From: Octopus sinensis
Lineage: Eukaryota
Length of the DNA: 64,000 nucleotides
Assembly (NCBI RefSeq): GCF_006345805.1
Contig: NC_043002.1
Location: 930,001 to 994,000 of the forward strand
Reading direction: 5' to 3'
The notes below the pieces were generated by a model. The model saw only the letters and a program-made list of their open reading frames with translations, was not told the DNA's origin and made no database searches. Positions 52,106-61,756 of this stretch are shown piece by piece. Every line of letters starts with the position of its first letter. Positions within the stretch are counted from its first letter, which is position 1. The translations under genes and the position numbers were made by a program.

Positions 52106-52115
<10 letters not shown>
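51857..52115 (+). mobile_element. Penelope-like terminal-repeat remnant (second family) flanked by (TA)n
   Basis: Homologous to 37968-38100; contains a hammerhead with long helix II. Confidence 0.55.
51986..52071 (+). ncRNA. Type I hammerhead ribozyme motif with extended helix II (cleavage-site triplet mutated)
   Basis: tttcc CTGAAGA gaagat..(45 nt)..atcttc GAAAC atgt GCT ggaag: canonical CUGANGA, G10.1-C11.1, GAAA and pairing helix I. Confidence 0.72.
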
Positions 52116-52149
<34 letters not shown>

Positions 52150-53061
52150 CATACTCACTGCTTTGTTTTCTCTCGTTGTGCTCTTCCCCTTTGTTTCTCT
52201 ATCTTCTCAACATCCTCTTATCTCCCCCTCCCACTCTCTCTTTCTCCTCATCTAACTTACCCTTCACAACCTCCCACATCTCTCTTTCCTTCAGTGACTT
52301 TCTTTGGTTTTTTTTCCCCTTACCCTCATCAATTCCCCCATTTTCACCTGTCTTTCACACCTGTCTATACTTGCTCTTATGGATTCACTTCATCACCTTC
52401 ATCACTCTGGCCTTCCTTTCTCATTATCCTTTACGCTAATACCTTCCTTCTCCCTTTCTCCGACCATGCCCCTCCCTTGGTAATGACTACTCTGTTACTC
52501 TTCTGCCACCACCACCCTCTTCTCACAACTATAAATCTCTTCCTCTCATCATACTTTACTCTCTCTTTAATCACTCCGTTTACAATCATTGTATCCCCTC
52601 TTCTCTATTTATAGTCGTCTCTTTAAACCCTTTATTTTACAAGTTGTAAGCAACCTCACCCCTGCTGGCACAACAAACTGAGTGGCCAGTAGGATACTGA
52701 CTAATCAAGTCGACCTTTCTGAGTTAATTATTCAAACACTACTGTATTCATGAACGAATAATTTGAAAGAGATTTTATTTTCATAGGAAAAATTCACAAG
52801 GTGGCATTTAATTGAATTTGTGATTAAAGGGAGCTAATTAGGTTGCTGCCTCGTTAACGACATAAAAGAACAGAATGGAATTTCGATTGAGGTCATTGAA
52901 GGCATTTAGCCAAATATGTGTCAGACAAATAATAAATACCATTTATTACTTATGAAAGAAGTAATTAACAGATAAATTATGTAATTAGTTAATTAGTGGA
53001 TTAGATAATAATGTACTTTAAAGATTTAATCAGATTATGAATTGGTTTTTATGTAGTTTAA

Positions 53062-53578
53062 AATAATAATAATAATGAAATTATTGTATACAGTGCTCAG
53101 GTGCACCACAACTTGTCAAAAGTGCATATAAAGCATATGCAGTAATGTACAAATGTCTGGAAAGCGAACAATGTATGAGTCAGATGCATGCTTGTGTGTG
53201 TATGGAGGGGAGAAAATCAGGTGTAGTGTTGGTGAATCTCAGGAAGCATGGAAGTTTTGAAGGATGCAGTGCTCCGACAACTAACAACTGATGCCGGCAG
53301 TCTGTTCCATGCTTCAGCAACTCTTAGCATGAAAAAATGTTTCCGAAAGTCATGGGAGCTGTGCTGTTTTCTGACTTTGTAAATATGTCCACGGGTGTTA
53401 GACAGGTGGAGTTTGAAAAGGTGCTCAGAGTTATTGTTTGTAAGATGGTTAATAATTTTATGGGTGTCTGCCAAGTCAGCTGCCAGACGTCGGAGTTTCA
53501 ATGTATCCATACCCAGGGAAGTAAGGCGTTCAGAATATGGCAAATGCCTGATGGAGGGTATTCTCTTGGTTTTAGAGA
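53062..53578 (-). mobile_element. CR1-like LINE 3' end with (ATT)n tail, same family as 45489-46470
   Basis: PYSERLTSLGMDTLKLRRLA..HDFRKHFFMLRVAEAWNRLP. Confidence 0.92.
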
Positions 53579-54939
53579 GTTGGCTAATAATTAATGAGCT
53601 AAACTAAATTAAAGTTAATGAGTTAAACTAAAGTTCATATATAAATGAGAAGAAAATATTAACTAATCTCCCTTGAATTAATTGAATACTAAAAATCTAC
53701 AAGAGAAAATAATTTTCTCAAAAATCGTCCTACACGTCATTTGTGGGTAGTCATTTAGTACTGGGAAGGCTTAATTACAGGTAGGTAAAATAGTCAGTTG
53801 AGATAAAGGTGATATGAAGTTGGTATAAAAAGCATACTAAAGTGTAAAGTGATGTGAATTCTGTAAACTGAGAAGAGTTTTGGAAAAGTTTACAGATTTA
53901 AAAGGATCCAAGAAATACAGGAATGGTTAATGTTTATAACATAAAAGAATATAAGGAAATCTAATCTAAGCCAGTTTAAGGAATTTAGATGTATTTGTCT
54001 GTCAAGTACCTTGATTTGAGACTGCATATTGAAGCGGAAGCAGCGACATCGTAGATGAGCCATTTAGTAAAACAAAGCAGTGAAATTCATTTTAAATGTC
54101 ATAAGATAAATTTTAGTTAAAAAGGAATTTGTGTTATAAAACTGGTTGTTCCACTCTGTAAGACTTTGAAGCAGATTAAGAAGGAAGAAGAAGAAGAAAT
54201 GAATGGAAACTGAGTGAATCAATGAAATAATCTGGACATTTGTGTTGCCTTCAATAAATAATTGGTTTATTTGATGTACTTTGGTTTGGACAGATGTTTT
54301 ATGCTCAGGTGAAAATAAAGTCACATTCCATTTAAGACTGTGTAAAAGAAAAACGACAAAAGATGAATAAAAGATTAATAAACCAAATGAAATTAGATTC
54401 TATAAATTGATAAATGAAATTTTACACAGGGAAATGATGTAATCGTTAATTAAATAATTATTCTTGCCAGACTCCTAATTAACCGCTAATAAATAAATAC
54501 TAATATAAATCAGTGCACTAATTAACCATTGATTTAATTTTAAGAAATCCCTATTTCTTCTCCTTTAAAAACTGTTTCATTTATTATTTTATCAAACCAC
54601 CTGAAATAGACAACTGAATTACCTCCCTTCAATCGTATCTTTGACTCTTCTCGACTTTGTTGAATGAATTCATCCTTCAAAACAGTTTTCTCAAATTGTC
54701 GGTTCAAACACATTTAAATTAATTAATGGTTTTCCTGTCCCCCCCCCCCGACTTGAGCGTAGCATCTCCCTCCTCATACTTTCATGTTTATGTCTACACG
54801 TTTGATGTTGTCAGCTTATAGAAACAGAATTTTGCTAACCTACTTGCAGCCTGCACCTTTGTAAAAATGTTTACCCTTACTATGTATACATTGCATAGGC
54901 ATACACACACACACACACACACATATATATATGTATATA

Positions 54940-55245
54940 GGCACATAAAAAGCACCATCCGAACGTGGCTGATGACAGCGCCGCCTTGACTGGCTTCCGT
55001 GCTGGTGGCACGTTAAAAGCACCAACCAATTGTGGCTGCTGCCAGACCCTGGTGGCACGTAAAAAGCACCCACTACACTCGCAGAGTGGTTGGCGTTAGG
55101 AAGGGCATCCAGCTGTAGAAACACTGCCAGATCAGACTGGAGCCTGGTGCAGCCTCCTGGCTTCCCAGACCCCGGTGGAACCGTCCAACTGTCCAACCCG
55201 TGCTAGCGCGGAAAACGGACGTTAAACGATGATGATGATGATGAT
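54940..55245 (+). mobile_element. RTE-clade LINE 3' UTR end and (GAT)n tail
   Basis: Shared terminus with 32690-33187. Confidence 0.8.
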
Positions 55246-55558
55246 ATATAAATTTATGTGTGGCCGTGCATGTACACGTGTGTATGTCTGGTATTTGTTT
55301 ACAAATGTACTCTTGAAATTTGTGAGCTACAAACAGTGATGTTGTTACCATTTTCCCTGCCAACACTTTCTCTGCTAGTTTTGTACATTTGAGGACATGT
55401 GAAGTAGGAGACCCTTTCCTTGGAAAGCAAGTAAGGGTTAGCAATAGAAAGGGCATCTGGCTGTAAAACATTGCTTCAATACTATATTTATCTAGCTTAT
55501 GCTAGCATGGTAAAATGAATGAGTTAATATATATTTATATATGTATATAAATGTGTGT

Positions 55559-55593
<35 letters not shown>

Positions 55594-55599
55594 TTTATA

Positions 55600-56170
55600 T
55601 ATATATCTGGAAGTGGACTATAGTTCTGCACTGGAACATCTTGCTTCAGTTTCGTTTACAGAGCAGGGTGTGTCTGTTGTGATTGTAGAGCACTGCAAAT
55701 GCATGGTGGTCCTAGTGATGGTGATTGCATTTGAAGGCTCTGCCTTCCAATCTTGTCCAGATGTTACTTCTCCATAAACTTTGCTTTTCTTCATCAGCAA
55801 CCTTTTATCTTGTCTTTCAAAAAACCTTGCCTTTTTCTAGTTTTTGTGCAAGTGGTTATCTGCATTGAACTTCACCTTTCAATGGTGATAGAAAGAGTCT
55901 TCATATCAAGATGGGGTGTTGCTCTTGTGTTTTCTTGACAGAGGCCAGTTCCCCATAGAGCAGTTTTTTTCAGGATTCTCCCTTCTCATATGGGATGTAT
56001 GTGGACCAGCCAGCAGAGGCATTGTTGTAGCCAAAAGAGGCAACAGGACGAGGGGTCCGGCTGTCTGCGTATGAGCCAGAACTTCATTGTTGGGGATGAC
56101 TCAGTCAGTCCACTTGATGTGTAGGGCGAAGGTTTTGTGACACTGATCTTGCTTGATGCGTGATTATAAA
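55600..56170 (-). mobile_element. Degenerate RTE-BovB-like LINE C-terminal fragment
   Basis: ILKKLLYGEL, then EEK..LWR and a terminal Cys/His-like AFKCNHH region. Confidence 0.55.
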
Positions 56171-56230
56171 TGTACATAAACGCACACACAATGTATGATT
56201 GTATATTTATACACATACATAATGCATGCA

Positions 56231-56261
<31 letters not shown>

Positions 56262-56279
56262 ATCTTTACAGATGCCAAA

Positions 56280-57350
56280 AGCTGCAGTTTCCCCACCTCA
56301 TGTTCCCTCAGAGTTGGCAGCACTGTCAGCGTCAGCACATTGAAAGGTAGGTCTGGTGAGACTGTTGAGATGCTTGAATGGAGACGTGTTGATGTATGTT
56401 GCATTCAAGAAGTGTCAGGGATCCTCAGCCGGATTCCTCACAGGCAAGAGGCATAGGTATAAACTCTTCAGTGAATGGATTAGGAGGTGTAGCCATATGG
56501 CTAGCAGAAAAATGGGTCAATAAGGTGATTGAAGTAGTCAGAGTATGTGATAAGGTACTCAAGCTTAGACTAGTTTTGCAGAGTTGCACAGCAACAATCA
56601 TCTCTGCCTATGCACCCAACCAGGTTTACCAAATGAACAGAAGGACCACTTTTATGGCATCCTTCTGCAGGATAATTCAAAAGCAAATGACAGTAATCTT
56701 ATCTTCGTGGCTGGTGATTTCATTGGACATGTTGGGTAGCAGCCAGGTATCTTCCATGGTATCCATGGAGCCTATGGAACTGGTTCCTGAAATGAGGAGG
56801 CAACAAGGCTGCTAGAGTTCTGTGATGCAAATGACTTAATGCTCTGCAACATCAACTTCAGGAAACCAGCCAGTCACCTGATAACCTATAAATCCAGTGA
56901 CCATGTTAGCCAGTTTAACTACATTCTCACCAGAAAGTGGGATTCGTGGTTAAATACAAAGTCCTTCCTTGTGAAGAGTGTATCCCTCAGTATAGATTAT
57001 TCGTTAGTGATTTCAGACTACAAGCACAGAGGATTCCAAGAAGCAAGTCAGTTTGGAAAAGAAGGATCTGGAAGCTTGAGAATCCTCTGAATAGGCAGAG
57101 ATTTAGAGACGTCCAAGCTGAAGCATTTAATGAGGAGGAGGAGGAGGAGGCTTGCAGTATAGAGGATAACTGGAAGTTCCTCTGAGACAACTTGCTGAGA
57201 GGAACAGACCAAATTTGTGGTTGGTACAAGGTACAAACCAGACCAAGGGTGATGAGGTGGTGGAACAGTGTAGTTGAGAGGGCTGTGAGAGCAAAGAAAT
57301 AGGCTTGGAAGGACTGGAAAGGTGGCAGTAGCAAGGAGCTAAGAAGCTGT
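56280..57350 (+). mobile_element. RTE-clade LINE endonuclease region
   Basis: LRVG..VSTLKGRSGETVEMLEWRRVDVCCIQEV, IISAYAP, VAGDF.GHVG, KPASHLITY, IPRSKSVWKRRIWKL. Confidence 0.88.
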
Positions 57351-57979
57351 GCAGAGATCTGTGTATGAATCTATCCAGCTTCCTGTCCACCACAGTCGTA
57401 TGATGCTCTCAAAGTGTATCCACGTCAGTTTGGATATAAAGATATGTATATGCATATATATATATTCATACACGTGCACACACACGTATGTGTGTGCATG
57501 TTTTTGTGTGTTTGTGTCTTAATTACTGCCACTGTTTGATTCCTGGTTTCTGATTTCCGTCTCATGTAAACAATATTTCTCAGAGTTTTGTGGCCAGTGA
57601 ATTCAAATAGTTTATATGAAAAGCTAGGGTTGGCAGCATGAAGAGCATCAGGCTGTAGAATACTGTCTCAATAAATCGTATCTAATCCTTATCAGTATAA
57701 TATATAAGACTACATATTTTATCCTTTCTCTGTTATCTTTCTCATTACCCAAAGCCACTTCAGTTGACATCCATCCTTCATTCTTTACATTGTTCCTCTC
57801 CATTTACATTTTACATTGATCACCCCATCCCCTTCTATACTACTAACTTATCTCTCCTCCCTCTCCACTGAATCACTTTCTGTTGACTTGCTCATATCAC
57901 TATATGTCTCTTTTCTTGCACACTACATTTGTCTATCCACCCACATCTTATCTCCCTTTTATCCTTCTCCTGTCTTCTG

Positions 57980-59380
57980 TATTATTATTGAGTGAGAGAG
58001 CAGCACATGCCATCAAAGTGACACTGGGGTTCAAATATACTAAGCCAGTATACCCATCATGACTACCTGTTTGATAAGGGTACATCAGGCACATGCATCA
58101 CAACCATATGTGCACGACATGGTGATCCCATACACAGTGCATGACCTTGTCGGTGGGGCCCAGTTAGAATTTTCTTTAGGTCAAGTAGCCCATCCTGCTC
58201 AAAAGATTTGTTTAAGATGTGTTTAAATATGATGAATAAGGTTTTTATAAGGATGATGAATGAAACACCCAGGGGTGAATTATTCAAACCCCAAAGAATT
58301 CCTCTCAGCACATGGCTGTGATGCTCCCCTACTACTTCTGCTCATGATCAGAGGTGCACATATCATCAGCCACTAAGGGACATGCTCAACTGGTTAAAGA
58401 CAAGCAAATCTGTGGTATTAAACAGAATATTTGCTGTAGCCCTTCATTTATACCAAGACAAAATATGTACATGGTAACACTTGGTGCTTGTTTGCAATGA
58501 GTCATTCCTGAGAGCATGAGGCCTTTGGGCCATTTGACGTTGGGGAAATTGAAATCACCCATAAGAAATATTCTCACGTGGTGTTCCTGATTCATGAGGA
58601 TTTCTTTAATTCTTGTGAGGCAATCTCCAAACTTGCCTATGTGGTTTGGAGCATCTGGTGGGCAAAATGTATTGCAAATGACTATATTATGTTGTCTTAT
58701 GTATACAATTAGAGTGTCACATACCGAATTTGAGTATGACAGTAAGACCTGGGGTGTGAGGTCGTCACGGATGTATACAGCAACTCCACCATGGCTCTTT
58801 TCCCTTCTGTCTGTTCGCAGTATGGCATCTTTTGGTACATGTACTTCTGTATCCTCTATATTTGGGCTGAGGTGAGTTTCCACAAGTGCTATGCATAGGG
58901 CTTGATTGCATGCAGCAAGGTCTCTCAGGAAAGAAATTTTGCTCTTGTTATGATGCAACAGGCCCCCAATATTTAGTAAAAGTATAGGTGTGACGACTGT
59001 GCAGGCGTTAGTGGAGGCCATCCCGTGTCTGTTGACTTTGGTGGTCTTACGCAGTGGTGGGCAAGGCTCCTTGTTTGCGCTTGGTGTAGCCAGGTCAGCT
59101 GCTGCACAATCTTCTGTGCCATGTACAAAAATACTCTTGCTCAGCTGCTGCCTTGTGCATAACCTCTGAAGAGCACACTTCTTTTGTATATTTTTTTCTT
59201 TGGAGACAATTGTTGTCTTTCCTCAGGGAAGTTTTTCTCCTTAAGGCCCCTGTAGTTTTTGTGGGTTCTTGGGTGAGCAAACCACCAGTTTTTGCCGTCT
59301 TCCCAATGCCAACATTTGCCTTGCAGGTCCTTGAGTGCCTCCCAAATTTCTTCTCTTCCCAGGGTTTGTTGATAGCTGAT
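57980..59380 (-). mobile_element. Internally deleted CR1-like LINE (ORF1 Cys/His end, EN N-terminus, then probable 3' UTR with (AAT)n tail)
   Basis: GKCWH..GKNWWFAHPRT (ORF1 zinc-finger-like); ORF 58386-59021 LLNIGGL..IALVETHL..DRREKSHGGVAVY..MGDFNFP; abrupt switch at ~58480 to non-coding sequence. Confidence 0.75.
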
Positions 59381-59391
59381 TGCCTACATAC

Positions 59392-59451
<60 letters not shown>

Positions 59452-59509
59452 GTACATGATGTGATATATAATAGTTTCATTTCTATTATTTTTACTATGT
59501 ATATATATA

Positions 59510-59717
59510 TACCGCGTGTGTACCGTTGTCGATTTTTTTTTTCCTCCGTCTTCCCTTCTTTGGATCTTTCCTTTTCCTATGTTTCTGACGAAGAGCTCCG
59601 CTCAAAACGTTAAACCCTCCTTCTTTCCTTCTTTCCTGAGCATCTAATAATAATATACTTGTTCCACGTCCTCGCGTTGTGTTTTCTCTTTGTGTTTTCA
59701 TATTTGGATTAACTTTA
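59510..59717 (+). mobile_element. Penelope-like terminal-repeat remnant with hammerhead motif
   Basis: Homologous to 51634-51835; flanked by (TA)n. Confidence 0.6.
59581..59615 (+). ncRNA. Minimal type I hammerhead motif, G12-to-A mutant
   Basis: gttt CTGACGA a GAGC tcc GCTC AAA ACGT t aaac: helix I gttt/aaac, helix II GAGC/GCTC, palindromic ACGU; GAAA reads AAAA. Confidence 0.7.
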
Positions 59718-60312
59718 TATATATATATATGTATGTTTGCATGTATGTATATATATGTATATATATATATATATATATGCATGTATATATAATATGATAT
59801 ATTTATAAAGATTTGTACAGAAACTAAAGTACCTACATGTGGACCACTTAAATATTGAAAGGCCAACAGCCAAACTCACTCCATTCTACATAAACATATT
59901 AATATCAACCCTGCATTGCTGAGAAATAGCATATTCTAACTCAGCAATCAAATTTGAATAATAAAGAAATATTTCTCATATCCATTGCATATAATAGACA
60001 TAGTTCTATATTGTCATTATAACAGCAAAATGAAGACAAACTGACTGACTGAATGCACATAAATATAGGTATGTGTAATGAGACACTAGAAGTACAAAGC
60101 ACACTTTCCCCTCACAACATTATCAGGAATACAGCTGTTAAAATCATGCTGTAATATGAAAACTATTGATCATGACACTCAGAAAAATGGCAATAATGTA
60201 ACTATAGTCAACATTCATAAAATTATATACACACACACACATGCACACCAGAAATGTTCACTATTATCCCATTGTAGTCATTCCTCAGAGCTTTGTTGAT
60301 AACTGATGTCCT

Positions 60313-60345
<33 letters not shown>

Positions 60346-60734
60346 CTAGTATTGTACTCATAAAAAACACAAAATTTATTTGGACACGAAATAATATGCA
60401 AATATAAATTTTGCTTAATGGTTTGTAGTTAAATATATAAGGTAGATAATATATAATAATGGTTTGTAACTAATATATGATGTCCTACTTGGCTGCCATT
60501 GGACTCAGGAAGAGGACACCAAAAGAGTGAACGGCAAAAAGCAGAGGAATCGGGAGACTGGTTCAAAGAATGGCTTCAGCTAAGATCAAAGACCAAACCA
60601 TTGCCAAACAGACATTTCTGCATTTCTTTTATTTTATATCCTGAATTGTTTGAACAAAAGCATCATTGGTTAAATATTTCCTGATTCCAACGAAACAATC
60701 ACTAGTTTATATAATACATACACACACACACACA

Positions 60735-60990
60735 TCTACATATATAAAACTGAGGATGTGTGTGTGTCTGTCTGTATGTATGTGTGCCTCACTAAAACTT
60801 GAGAACTACCAAACTGATTTCATTCAAATTTTGCACATGCCTTACTTAGGGTCAATGGAGTGTCATGCACCGAAATACTTTTCAATTTCTTGCCTAATGT
60901 GAGCCCGGAGCAATCTCTTAAACTGCTTTGGTATCACGTGTCAAAAGTGAAACACTAACATCTCTGTTGTGATGTGATATATAATAGTTT
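60735..60990 (+). mobile_element. Helitron-like 5' end fragment
   Basis: A|TCtacatatataaaactgaggatgtgtgtgtgtctgtctg start; related fragment inverted at ~17740-17840. Confidence 0.55.
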
Positions 60991-61100
60991 CACTTTTAAT
61001 AGTTTCACTATGCATATATATATATACACGTTTGTATATATGTTAATAGTTTAATTTCTATTAGTTTTACTATGTATGTATATATATATATACATGTTTG

Positions 61101-61161
<61 letters not shown>

Positions 61162-61743
61162 GTCAGGTCACTTTTGAGTGCTACTGGTAACATGTAACCC
61201 AGTACAACCTGTTGCATGGTCGGGTCGTCGGCGACTAAACCGGCAACTCCACCAAGCTTGCTTAGTGAGGAGGGTGTTTATTGGACACCTTGCGGGATGA
61301 AAAACAAAACCCATCAAAGGGTGGAGGACCTCTTGAGAGTCAACAGCCATCCAATAAATGTTAGCACGGGTACGCAGAAATTCTAGAGTGGTGTCTGGCG
61401 TGCTGAAAAACCACTGGGAGTGAGGTGCCCCTTAGCTTTTGTTAAAGCATGTCTCTAGAAGGTCACTCTGATATAAAACCAGTTATGCAGGGAATAGCAT
61501 TGAACATTTTGGGGATCTTTAGTTTGTGATAGAGATCACGGCGCTCCCACATCCCTGAGCCTTCGACTCATATTGGCACCAGACATCTTGCTCCAGCTTG
61601 TCTCTGGATAATGTCAATAAAGTGGAGAGGGTCTATGAGGTGTTGTGCAATCCTTATTGGACCTAAAACTCTGCACAGGCATTGCCGACCTCCTCTTTTT
61701 TTTTTTTTATATATATATGTATCTTATTTTTAGTATATATTTT
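61162..61743 (+). repeat. Unclassified ~590-bp CpG-rich interspersed repeat, copy 2
   Basis: Inverted copy of 37349-37948. Confidence 0.9.
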
Positions 61744-61756
61744 AATTTTTTTTTTT

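Noticed and set aside
61225-61280. Twister-like look of caactccacc...gtgaggaggg in the unclassified repeat
   Set aside because: The P4 stem and pseudoknot-forming segment are absent.
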